64,000 bases of DNA from an uncultured Actinomycetota bacterium. GTDB lineage: Bacteria > Actinomycetota > Actinomycetes > S36-B12 > GCA-2699445. The DNA lies in the NCBI GenBank assembly GCA_963706835.1, contig CAVPOB010000040.1, positions 28,197-92,196 on the forward strand. Reading direction: 5' to 3'. The translations under genes and the position numbers were made by a program. Positions 22,311 through 32,483 of the stretch are shown piece after piece. Every line of letters begins with the position of its first letter. Position 1 is the first letter of the stretch. Below the pieces are notes generated by a model. It worked only from the letters and a program-made list of their open reading frames with translations. It made no database searches and was not told the origin of the DNA.

Positions 22311-22517
22311 TCAGGACTTCGGCTTGGCGCCCAGTCCCGCCATCGCCATCACCTTGCCGGCGACAGCGCCCACCACGACCAGGACGACACCGGCCCAGAA
22401 CATCGGCCAGTTGCCGATGACGACCGCGACCGTGCCGATCACGAACGCGATCACGATGATGATGACGGCCGTCCAGGCCGCAGGGGTCTGGCCATGGTTG
22501 TCGTGCAAGTCGCTCAC
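22311..22517 (-). CDS. small membrane protein of the HGxxPAAW family
   Basis: VSDLHDNHGQTPAAWTAVIIIVIAFVIGTVAVVIGNWPMFWAGVVLVVVGAVAGKVMAMAGLGAKPKS (68 aa, two TM). GTG 22517 is preceded by GGAGGAGGA. Confidence 0.7.
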   Translation of the reverse strand: MSDLHDNHGQTPAAWTAVIIIVIAFVIGTVAVVIGNWPMFWAGVVLVVVGAVAGKVMAMAGLGAKPKS

Positions 22518-22579
22518 CGGTCCTCCTCCGCGCAGGTGCCCCCATTGTGGCAGTGTCGGGCCGATACTGCGGGCGGGGG

Positions 22580-24129
<1,550 letters not shown>

Positions 24130-24133
<4 letters not shown>

Positions 24134-24489
24134 CGGTCCCCCTCGGTCGCGAGCACCCGATCGGTGAAGCAGGTCCGGGTGCCGGTGTGGCACGCCGGAC
24201 CGGTCTGATCGACGGTGTAGAGCAAGGTGTCGCCGTCGCAGTCCACCGCCACGCTGCGGATGCGCTGCACGTGGCCGGATGTCTCGCCCTTGGTCCACAG
24301 CCGGCCGCCGGGATCGCGAGAAGTAGGTGGCACGGCCCGATCGCGAGTGTCTGGGCCAGCGCCGCGGCATCGACCCAGGCCACCATCAGCACCTCACCGG
24401 TGTCCCACTGCTGGGCGACCGCCGGCACCAGGCCGTCGCCTCAGTGCCGGCACTGCGGCCAGCAACTGCTCCTCATCCAGGGTCTGCAT
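24130..24489 (-). pseudogene. hisI: phosphoribosyl-AMP cyclohydrolase; 3 frame breaks in 360 bp
   Basis: MQTLDEEQLLAAVPAL (ATG 24489), [39 protein letters not shown] and [40 protein letters not shown] lie in four different ORF-track frames. Confidence 0.88.
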
Positions 24490-24556
24490 AGCACTATTGT
24501 GCCGGTGGCGGCCTGCGCCCCACCCCGGCGACGCCTTCTGACGGGCGCTGATTAGC

Positions 24557-25211
24557 ATGGGCGCTGTGTCGACGACGGACCTTGCGCGCTCCGAGCGCCA
24601 AACGCTGTGTGAACTGCTCGAGCAAGCCGGGCCGGACGCGCCGACCCTGTGCGAGGGGTGGACCGCCCGGGACCTCGCCGCCCACATCGTGGTGCGGGAG
24701 GGACGTCCGGACGCGGCCCTGGGGATTCTCGGCGGACCGCTGGCGGCATGGACCGAGCGGGTGCAGAACGGCGCGGCCTCGGAACCGTACGAGAAGCTGG
24801 TGCGGCTGATCCGCAACGGCCCCCCGATCTGGTCGGCCTTCCGGCTGCCGCTGGTCGACGGGCAGGCGAACACGGTGGAGTTCTTCGTCCATGGCGAGGA
24901 CATCCGGCGCGCGCAGGCCGGCTGGCAGCCGCGCGAGGTATCGCCGGAGCTGGCGGACTTCCTGTGGGATCGGCTCCGGTCGTCCGGCAAGATGCTGCTT
25001 CGGCAAGGCCAAGATCGGCGTGATTGCGCGCCGCACTGATGTCCCCGACGCCGCTGATGCGAAGCTGAAGGGCGGCAAGCGGTCGGTCACGATCATCGGT
25101 GATCCCGGCGAACTGACGCTGCTCGCGTTCGGCCGGCAGGAGCATGAGGCGGCCGTCGAGGGCGACGAGGAGGCCGTGGCAGCACTGCGCGCCGCCCGGC
25201 TCGGCGTGTAG
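24557..25211 (+). pseudogene. DinB/mycothiol-dependent maleylpyruvate-isomerase-like (TIGR03085-type) protein; one frame break
   Basis: MGAVSTTDLARSERQTLCELLEQAGPDAPTLCEGWTARDLAAHIVVRE...FFVHGEDIRRA (ORF 24557..25039), continuing as FGKAKIGVIARRTDVP...GDPGELTLLAFGRQ (ORF 24891..25211). The break is near 25000. Confidence 0.7.
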
Positions 25212-25212
25212 T

Positions 25213-25608
25213 TCAGGAGGCCATGCTCGGGCACGTCGATGGCCAGGACCACCGAGTCCTCCCTGCGGATCTTGGCCAACCAGATGAAGAATCGCCCGAC
25301 GATGCCGTAGCGGCTCACGATGAGCCCCTTGGCGCGGTCGATGAGCTCCGGAGTCCTCGATGATCGAGGCGGTGGCATCCACCGGGTCGCCTTGCAGTCC
25401 GCCGCGGAAGTCGCACGGCGCGATGGCGACGGCGGCGTTGCGCCGCAGCCGCTTCACCTTCCCCGAGTCGCTGGCCGTGACGACCTGGAGGAAGCCGCCC
25501 TCGGACATCACCCAGACCGGGGTGGCGACCGGCGTACCGTCGCGCCGATACGTCGTCAGCGCTGATGTAACGCGCGCGGGCCAGACGTTCCAGCTCGGGG
25601 TTGCTCAC
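25213..25608 (-). pseudogene. pyridoxamine 5'-phosphate oxidase (PPOX) family, probably F420-dependent, small protein; at least 2 frame breaks and an unresolved 3' end
   Basis: [64 protein letters not shown] and ELIDRAKGLIVSRYGIVGRFFIWLA..VVLAIDVP lie in ORFs 25315..25761, 24552..25511 and 24494..25378. The last frame has no nearby stop. A TGA at 25213-25215 is reachable only after another shift. Confidence 0.55.
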
Positions 25609-25642
25609 GGCACACACCTTACGCAGTCCTACCGTGGTGTGC

Positions 25643-26420
25643 ATGGGCCTTGCCGTACGTGTGATCCCTTGCCTCGACGTCGATGACGGCCGGGTCGTGA
25701 AGGGCGTGAACTTCGTCAACCTCCGCGACGCCGGCGACCCGGTCGCACTCGCTGAAGGCATACGGGGCCGCCGGGGCCGACGAACTGGTCTTCCTGGACA
25801 TCACGGCCTCCTCCTCGGACCGCTCGACGATGTATGACGTGGTCCGCCGCACCGCGGAGCAGGTCTTCATCCCGCTGACCGTCGGCGGCGGCGTGCGCAC
25901 CGCGGACGACTTCGACCGGCTGCTGCGTGCCGGTGCCGACAAGGTGGGGGTCAACACTGCGGCGATTGCCCGTCCCGAGTTGATCCGCGAGGCCGCAGAG
26001 CGCTTCGGCGCGCAGTGCGTGGTGCTGTCGGTGGATGCCCGGCGCGGCGGCGGGACGCCTTCGGGCTTCGAGGTCACGACGCACGGCGGCCGCCGCGGCA
26101 CCGGCATCGACGCGCTGGAGTGGGCGGTTCGGGCGGCGGAGCTGGGGGCCGGCGAGATCCTGCTGAACTCCATGGATCGCGACGGGACCACGGACGGGTT
26201 CGACATCGACCTCATCGGACGGGTGCGGCACGAGGTGTCGGTGCCGGTCATCGCCAGCGGCGGCGCCGGTGCCCTGGAGCACTTCGCGCCCGCAGTTGCA
26301 GCCGGCGCGGACGCGGTGCTCGCCGCGTCGGTCTTCCACTTCGGGACGCTGCGGATCGGCGAGGTGAAGGACGCGTTGGCCGCAGCCGGATTCCCGGTCC
26401 GCCGGACTCACTCCCCGTAG
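25643..26420 (+). pseudogene. hisF: imidazole glycerol phosphate synthase cyclase subunit; one frame break
   Basis: [38 protein letters not shown] (ATG 25643), an extra nt near 25755, then ORF 25830..26420 (..[34 protein letters not shown]...SGGAG). Confidence 0.92.
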
Positions 26421-26451
26421 TCACCGGTCGGCGGCTCGCTGAGCACGAACG

Positions 26452-26496
26452 AAAACCTCCGTTCCGGGGCCCTTCAGCAGGCGCGGAACGGAGGTT
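26452..26496. terminator. bidirectional terminator-like hairpin between convergent hisF and priA
   Basis: Perfect 14-bp inverted repeat AAACCTCCGTTCCG (26452-26465) / CGGAACGGAGGTTT (26483-26496) with a 17-nt loop. T-containing tails follow on both strands (GCGTTTGGGTT on plus, TTCGTTCG on minus). Confidence 0.6.
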
Positions 26497-26550
26497 TGCG
26501 TTTGGGTTCCCGCAACTCGCGCGGAGAGGCGTCGCCGCGGCTACGCAGCG

Positions 26551-27276
26551 TCACGCAACAGCGGCCAGCGCCTCCTGCAGCGTGAAGCGGCCGGCATAGA
26601 GCGCCTTGCCCACGATGGCCCCCTCCACCCCCAACGGCGTCAGCGACGCCAGCGCCCGCAGGTCGTCCAGCTCCGACACACCGCCGGAGGCGACGACCGG
26701 CTTGTCGGTCGCCGCGCACACCTGCTGCAGCAGTTCCAGATTGGGGCCGCGCAGCGTCCCGTCCTTGGTGACATCGGTGACCACGTAGCGCGCGCACCCA
26801 TCGGCGTCGAGCCGGGCCAGAGTCTCGAAGAGCTCTCCGCCCTCCTGGGTCCAGCCGCGCCCCGCCAGTGTTGTGCCCCGCACATCCAGTCCCACCGCGA
26901 TCCGGTCGCCGTAGCGGGCGATGGCCCGGGCGCACCAGGCCGGATCTTCCAAGGCGGCTGTGCCGATGTTCACCCGACGGCACCCGGTGGCCAGCGCCCG
27001 TTCCAGCGACTCGTCGTCGCGGATGCCGCCCGACATCTCGACCTGCACGTCGAGGGATCCGACCACCCGTGCCAGCAGCGCCGCGTTGCTGCCGCGCCCG
27101 AACGCGGCGTCGAGGTCGACCAGGTGGATCCACTCAGCGCCGGCCGCTTGCCATGCCAGAGCGGCATCGAGCGGATCGCCATAGTCGGTCTCGGTGCCAG
27201 CCTCGCCCTGCACCAGTCGCACGGCCTTGCCATCTGCCACGTCCACGGCGGGCAGGAGTTCCAGTCGTTGGGTCAC
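26551..27276 (-). CDS. priA: bifunctional HisA/TrpF-type phosphoribosyl isomerase
   Basis: [24 protein letters not shown]...GGIRD...ASGGVS. 241 aa, intact. GTG 27276 within ORF 26551..27378. Actinobacterial context suggests the dual-function PriA. Confidence 0.9.
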   Translation of the reverse strand: MTQRLELLPAVDVADGKAVRLVQGEAGTETDYGDPLDAALAWQAAGAEWIHLVDLDAAFGRGSNAALLARVVGSLDVQVEMSGGIRDDESLERALATGCRRVNIGTAALEDPAWCARAIARYGDRIAVGLDVRGTTLAGRGWTQEGGELFETLARLDADGCARYVVTDVTKDGTLRGPNLELLQQVCAATDKPVVASGGVSELDDLRALASLTPLGVEGAIVGKALYAGRFTLQEALAAVA

Positions 27277-27299
27277 TGCACCACGGTAGAGCAGCCGAG

Positions 27300-27931
27300 C
27301 TACAGCGTTTCCACCCAGTTGCGCAGCAGCGCCTGACCGGCATCCCCGGACTTCTCCGGATGGAACTGCGTGGCGCACAACGGGCCGTTCTCAACCGCCG
27401 CCACGAACCGGCTGCCGTACTCGCACCACGTGACCAGGGGTGCCAGGAAGGCGCCGCTGGCCTCGAGCTGCCATTCCAGCGCCGCCGTAGGAGTGCACGA
27501 AGTAGAAGCGCTGATCTTCGACGCCGGCGAAGAGCCGGGAGCCCTGCGGAACGGTGACGGTGTTCCACCCCATGTGGGGCAGGATCTGGGCCTTGAGCTG
27601 CTCCACCGCGCCGGGCCACTCCCCCAGCCCGGGGGTATCGACACCATGCTCGACGCCGTGCTCGAACATCACCTGCATGCCGACGCAGATCCCCAGCACC
27701 GGTCGGCCCGCCGGCCAGGCGCTGTTCCACGATCTGGGGGCCGCCCACTTCTCGGATGCCCGCCATGCAGGCGGCGAATGCTCCCACGCCCGGTACGACG
27801 AGCCCGTCGGCGTTCAACGCGGCATCCCGATCGGCCGTGACCGTCACCTCCGCCCCGGTCGCCGCCAGCGCCCGCTCGGCCGAGCGCAGGTTCCCTGAGC
27901 CGTAGTCGAGCACGACCACGGAGCGCCTCAT
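27300..27931 (-). pseudogene. hisH: imidazole glycerol phosphate synthase glutaminase subunit; 2 frame breaks
   Basis: [17 protein letters not shown] (ATG 27931, ATGA overlap with the hisB stop), [20 protein letters not shown] (ORF 27391..27699) and LEWQLEASG...[10 protein letters not shown] (ORF 27300..27647). Single extra nucleotides lie near 27705 and 27485. Confidence 0.92.
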
Positions 27932-28521
27932 CCGAGCGTCCCCTTGGTGGAGGGGACGCCGACCACGCGGGGGTCCTGCTCCACCGCCGCGCGCAGGGCC
28001 CGCGCGAACGACTTGAACTGCGCCTCGACGATGTGGTGGGCGTTGCGACCAGACAGCACCCGCACATGCAGCGTGATCTGCGCCGTGGCCACGATGGATT
28101 CGAAGATGTGTCGGGTCAGGGTCGTGTCGTAGGCACCGATGAGCCCCACGGGGATCTCCGGCTCCTCGTGGACCAAGTAGGGCCGGCCCGACAGGTCGAC
28201 GGCGGTCTGCACGAGCGCCTCGTCCAGCGGGACCAGCGCATCGCCGTAGCGACGGATGCCGGACTTGTCGCCCAGCGCTTGCCGCAGGGCGGTGCCCAGC
28301 GCCAGTGCGGTGTCCTCCACGGTGTGGTGGGAGTCGATGTGGAGGTCGCCCACCGTCTTGACGGTCAGGTCGATCAACCCGTGCTTGCCGAGCTGGGCCA
28401 GCATGTGGTCGTAGAACCCGACCCCGGTGCTGATGTCGGTGACGCCGGTGCCGTCGAGGTCCAGATCGACCAGGACCTCGCTCTCCTTGGTGGTGCGCTC
28501 CACGTGTCCGCGGCGGCTCAT
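27928..28521 (-). CDS. hisB: imidazoleglycerol-phosphate dehydratase
   Basis: Intact 197-aa ORF: [19 protein letters not shown]...[10 protein letters not shown]. Confidence 0.95.
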   Translation of the reverse strand: MSRRGHVERTTKESEVLVDLDLDGTGVTDISTGVGFYDHMLAQLGKHGLIDLTVKTVGDLHIDSHHTVEDTALALGTALRQALGDKSGIRRYGDALVPLDEALVQTAVDLSGRPYLVHEEPEIPVGLIGAYDTTLTRHIFESIVATAQITLHVRVLSGRNAHHIVEAQFKSFARALRAAVEQDPRVVGVPSTKGTLG

Positions 28522-29588
28522 ACCATCTCCTCCTCCAGGGCTCGGCGCACTGCCGCATTCTCCTCCGGCGTGCCGATGCTGATCCGCAAGTATCCCGCAG
28601 GCCCCACCACCCGGACCAGCACTCCGCGGTCGACCAGGCGCTGCCAGGTGATCTCGCGGTCCGGGAACGGGCCGACGAGGAGGAAGTTCGCGTCTGAGGG
28701 GTACACGTGCAGGCCCCGGCCGATCAGCCAGTCCGCCAGCGCATCCCGTTCGGCGCGCAGCAGATCCACGTTGGCCAGCAGCGAGTCTCGATGGGCCAGG
28801 GCGGTGCGGGCGACGACCTGCGTCAACGTGGACAGGTGGTACGGCAGCCGGACCACGCGCAGCGCGTCCACGATGGCCGGGTGCGTGGCGAGGTAGCCCA
28901 GACGGCCCCCCGCGAAGGCGAATGCCTTGCTCATGGTGCGGGTGACCACGAGGTTGGGGTGCGCCGCGAGCAGTTCCAGCGCCGTGCCGGTGCCCTGGCG
29001 GCGAAACTCTGCGTAGGCCTCATCGACCACCACGATCCCTGGCCCTGATTGGCAGGCCACCTGGACCACGTCGGCGTCGACGGCGATGCCGGTCGGGTTG
29101 TTCGGCGAGGCGATGAGGGTCAGCGATGGCTGGTGCTCGCTGATGGCGCTGCGCACCAGTTCGGCGGTCAGCACGTAATCGTCCGGCAGGGGGACCGTCT
29201 GGTACCGCGTGTAGCTGTTGCGCGCATACTCCGGGTACATCGAATAGGTGGGGGGGAACGTCAGCGCCGTGCGGCCGGGACCGCCGAAGGCTGCGAACAG
29301 GTGCGACATGACTTCGTTGGAGCCGTTGCCGGCCCAGATGTTGTCGGCGGTCAGGCCGTGGCCGAGGTAGTCGGCGAGGTCGCCGCGCAGCCCGACGGCA
29401 TCCCGGTCCGGGTAGCGGTTGAGGTCCGGCGCCGCCTGCGCCACCGCCTGGGCGATCGCCGCCACGAGCACGGGATCCGGGCCGATGGGGTTCTCGTTGA
29501 CGTTGAGCCGCACCGGGACGTCGAGCACCGGCGCGCCGTACGGCTGCTGGCCGACCAGCTCGGGCCGGACCGGAGGCCGATAGGTCAC
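28518..29588 (-). CDS. hisC: histidinol-phosphate aminotransferase
   Basis: Intact 356-aa ORF with the PLP-lysine region [17 protein letters not shown]. Overlaps its neighbours by 4 nt. Confidence 0.95.
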   Translation of the reverse strand: MTYRPPVRPELVGQQPYGAPVLDVPVRLNVNENPIGPDPVLVAAIAQAVAQAAPDLNRYPDRDAVGLRGDLADYLGHGLTADNIWAGNGSNEVMSHLFAAFGGPGRTALTFPPTYSMYPEYARNSYTRYQTVPLPDDYVLTAELVRSAISEHQPSLTLIASPNNPTGIAVDADVVQVACQSGPGIVVVDEAYAEFRRQGTGTALELLAAHPNLVVTRTMSKAFAFAGGRLGYLATHPAIVDALRVVRLPYHLSTLTQVVARTALAHRDSLLANVDLLRAERDALADWLIGRGLHVYPSDANFLLVGPFPDREITWQRLVDRGVLVRVVGPAGYLRISIGTPEENAAVRRALEEEMV

Positions 29589-30865
29589 GGCGCGAACCGC
29601 ACCGCAACGGCCTGCCCGTGCGCCGGCAGGTCCTCCGCGGCGGCCAGCGTCTGCACCGCCTCGGCGATGTCGGCCAGCGCGGCCCCGTCGTACTCGATGA
29701 TCTGCACGCCCTTCAGGAACGACTGCACGCTCAGTCCGCTGGAGTGCCGGGCGCAGCCGCCGGTCGGCAGCACATGGTTGGATCCGGCCGCATAGTCGCC
29801 CAGCGACACCGGCGCATAGGGGCCGACGAAGATGGCCCCGGCGTTGCGGACCCGCATCGCGACCTCGCGCGCCTCCTCGGTCTGGATCTCCAGGTGCTCG
29901 GCCCCGTAGGCGTTCACCACGGCCAGCCCGGCCTCCAGGTCGTCGACCAGCACGATGCCGCTCTGGGTCCCGGCCAGCGCCTCGGCGATGCGCTCGCTGT
30001 GCTTGGTGAGCGCCACTTGGCGCTCCAGCTCGGCCTCCACCGCACCGGCCAGCTCCTGCGATGCGGTCACCAGGACCGCGGCCGCGATGGTGTCATGCTC
30101 GGCCTGGCTGATCAGGTCGGCTGCCACGTGCGCCGGGTCGGCGGTGTCGTCGGCCAGGATCATCACCTCGGTCGGGCCGGCCTCGGAATCGATGCCGATG
30201 CGGCCCTTCAGCATGCGCTTGGCCGCCGTCACCCAGATGTTGCCCGGGCCGGTCACCATGTCGACCCGCGCGACGTAGGCGAAGAACGCGACGGCCTGTG
30301 CGCCACCGGTGGCGTAGACCTCGTCCACGCCGAGCAGTCGGCAGGCCGCCAGCACCGTGGGGTGCGGCCAGCCGCCGTGATCGGCCTGCGGCGGGCTGGC
30401 GACCGCGAGGGAGCCCACGCCCGCGATCTGCGCGGGGACGACGTTCATGACCACGCTGCTGGGGTAGACGGCCCTGCCGCCCGGGACATACAGCCCGACC
30501 CGGTCCACCGGCAGCCAGCGCTGCACGACGGTGCCGCCGGGAACGACGACGGTCTGGGTGTCGGGGCGGTGCTGGTCGGCGTGCACGATGCGGACGCGGG
30601 CGATGGCCTCGGTCAGCGCGGCCCGGACCTCGGGATCGAGCCGGGCCAGGGCGTCGTCCATCACGTCGGCGGGGACCCGCAGGCTGGGCGCCCGGACGCC
30701 GTCGAAGCGCTCACCCCACTCCAGCACCGCGTCCGCCCCCCGGGCGGCAACGTCATCGATGATGGGGCGCACCTTTTCCTGGGCGTGCTCGACATCCATC
30801 CCGGCGCGGGGCAGCATCGTTGCCGGGTCGGCGGTGGAACCACGGAGGTCGAGACGTCGTATCAC
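29585..30865 (-). CDS. hisD: histidinol dehydrogenase
   Basis: Intact 426-aa ORF: [17 protein letters not shown]...SQAEHD...[13 protein letters not shown]. Confidence 0.95.
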   Translation of the reverse strand: MIRRLDLRGSTADPATMLPRAGMDVEHAQEKVRPIIDDVAARGADAVLEWGERFDGVRAPSLRVPADVMDDALARLDPEVRAALTEAIARVRIVHADQHRPDTQTVVVPGGTVVQRWLPVDRVGLYVPGGRAVYPSSVVMNVVPAQIAGVGSLAVASPPQADHGGWPHPTVLAACRLLGVDEVYATGGAQAVAFFAYVARVDMVTGPGNIWVTAAKRMLKGRIGIDSEAGPTEVMILADDTADPAHVAADLISQAEHDTIAAAVLVTASQELAGAVEAELERQVALTKHSERIAEALAGTQSGIVLVDDLEAGLAVVNAYGAEHLEIQTEEAREVAMRVRNAGAIFVGPYAPVSLGDYAAGSNHVLPTGGCARHSSGLSVQSFLKGVQIIEYDGAALADIAEAVQTLAAAEDLPAHGQAVAVRFAP

Positions 30866-30927
30866 CCTGCCATTTTAGCGACGCAGCGCGGACTGCCTTG
30901 TCCGACCGGAGTGGGTAGCGTTGATCC
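30866..30927. promoter_or_regulatory. 62-bp divergent hisD / ybaK promoter region with -10-like hexamers placed for leaderless transcripts
   Basis: The minus strand has TAAAAT (plus 30872-30877) 6 nt upstream of the hisD GTG with no SD. The plus strand has TAGCGT 6 nt upstream of the ybaK GTG with no SD. Confidence 0.4.
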
Positions 30928-31431
30928 GTGGCGAAGAAGAAGCAGGGCACCAAGGGCGGCGGCACACCAGCGACCAAGGCACTCGCCGAACAGGGCGTCC
31001 CATTCGTCCTCCACCCCTACCTCCACGATCCCGAGACTGCGTCCTACGGCTTGGAGGCCGCGGAGAAGCTGGGCTTCGATGCGCGACGGGTCTTCAAGAC
31101 GCTGTTGGCCGACATCGACGGCGATCTGGTGGTCGCAATCGTGCCCGTGTCCGGCCAACTCGACCTGAAGGCGCTGGCCGCGGCAGTCGGCGGCAAGAAG
31201 GCCGTGATGGCCGATCCGGAGCGCGCCGAACGGGTGACCGGCTACGTCGTGGGAGGCATCTCGCCGATCGGCCAGAAGAAGCCGCTGCCGACGGTGCTGG
31301 ATGTCACGGCCATGGAGTACCGATCGGTGCTGGTATCCGGCGGCCGCAGGGGCCTCGACATCGAGATCCTGCCCGAGCACCTCGTACGGGTCACCAACGC
31401 CCGCACCGCGCCCATCGGCCGCCCCGACTGA
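30928..31431 (+). CDS. ybaK: Cys-tRNA(Pro)/Cys-tRNA(Cys) deacylase YbaK
   Basis: Intact 167-aa ORF: KALAEQGVPFVLHPY...FKTLLADIDGDLVVAIVPV...VVGGISPIG. Confidence 0.85.
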   Translation: MAKKKQGTKGGGTPATKALAEQGVPFVLHPYLHDPETASYGLEAAEKLGFDARRVFKTLLADIDGDLVVAIVPVSGQLDLKALAAAVGGKKAVMADPERAERVTGYVVGGISPIGQKKPLPTVLDVTAMEYRSVLVSGGRRGLDIEILPEHLVRVTNARTAPIGRPD

Positions 31432-31581
31432 CTCTGCGGCGATCCGCTGGCAGCACCGCCGGGATCCGATCCGCGCCTCGGGCACGCAGCCGTCGCCCGC
31501 CCTATCGACCGGCCGGCTGAGCGGGCAGGGCGGCCCTAGTCTTCCCGAGTGCACGCCCCGGCCCATCCGGCTGGGGGATGC

Positions 31582-32312
31582 CTACCCGGCCCACCGCCTT
31601 GACCCGACGATGACCGCCATGCCGAGCAGGAGGCAGATCATGGCGATCTGCAGCGGCAGCACGCGGCTGGCTCCGGTGTCGGGGGGAGTTCCACCCGGGG
31701 GCTCCGGCGGGAAGACCACCCCGGCACCCGACTTCGCGCTGGTGAAGACCAGCGAATGATCACGGCGATGTCGGAGCTGGGATGCCGTGTACCCGTCAGG
31801 CCCGGATTCGGCGAGCCCGGCGATGACAGTGGCCACGACCAGCGATCCGGTGTCCGGCAGCGCGGCCCGTGTACGTGATCACCACCGAACCCATCATCCC
31901 CACCTCGCAATTTCCGTGCTGCCCGACGCCCGACAGGGTGGATACGGCCCCCATGGCCAGAGCACGGTACGGCCACACCGCCTGGCGCGTTGGCCGAGAA
32001 CACGCCGTTCTCGATGTCGGCCGCAACGCCTACACACTCACCAATACGGTGCGCTGGGTCCGGGGCCCGGTGTTCGTCCCGGTCAGGCAGTACGTCACCG
32101 TCCCGCCGACGGCCACACGCCGCCGGGGCTGCCGCCGATCGAGCAGGTCTCGGACCTGACCGGCGCCATCCGCAGCACTTCTCGCGGAAGCGATGTGGCG
32201 CACCCGATGGACCGCGCCCGATTGCCTGAGGAGGAACCTCAGCGGCCGTTCGCCAGCGCCGGGAAACCGGCGGCACCTCCGACGCGGCGCGCCTGCGACG
32301 GCGCAGGAGCAT
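31582..32312 (-). pseudogene. probable small secreted, sortase-anchored surface protein; several frame breaks
   Basis: C-terminus (ORF 31582..31836): ..PPEPPGGTPPDTGASRVLPLQIAMICLLLGMAVIVGSRRWAG (xPxTG, hydrophobic stretch, RR tail). The same frame upstream reads AALPDTGSLVVATVIAGLA. Other frames give VAVGGTVTYCLTGTNTGP (DUF11-like strand) and an N-terminal MLLRRRRRAA../..RRVGGAAGFPALANG signal-like segment. Confidence 0.4.
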
Positions 32313-32483
32313 GAACTCGGTGCGGCTGGCGAACTGCCCGGGCGGCTGGCAGCGAGCTGCTGCCGACTGCCATCACGCTGCCGCTGGTTGCGCTGCGCCT
32401 GGTGCACCCGAGCGCACCCGCGACCACCAGGCACCGCCGACCCCTGGCGGCCGCTCAGTCCCGGAGGGCCGCGCCGCCGATCC

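Noticed and set aside
31497-31533. A possible terminator hairpin between the convergent ybaK and the surface-protein gene (CCGCCCT / AGGGCGG with an inner CCGGCCGG palindrome).
   Set aside because: It has only a 7-bp outer stem with a 23-nt loop and no U-tract on either strand, which is too weak to call.
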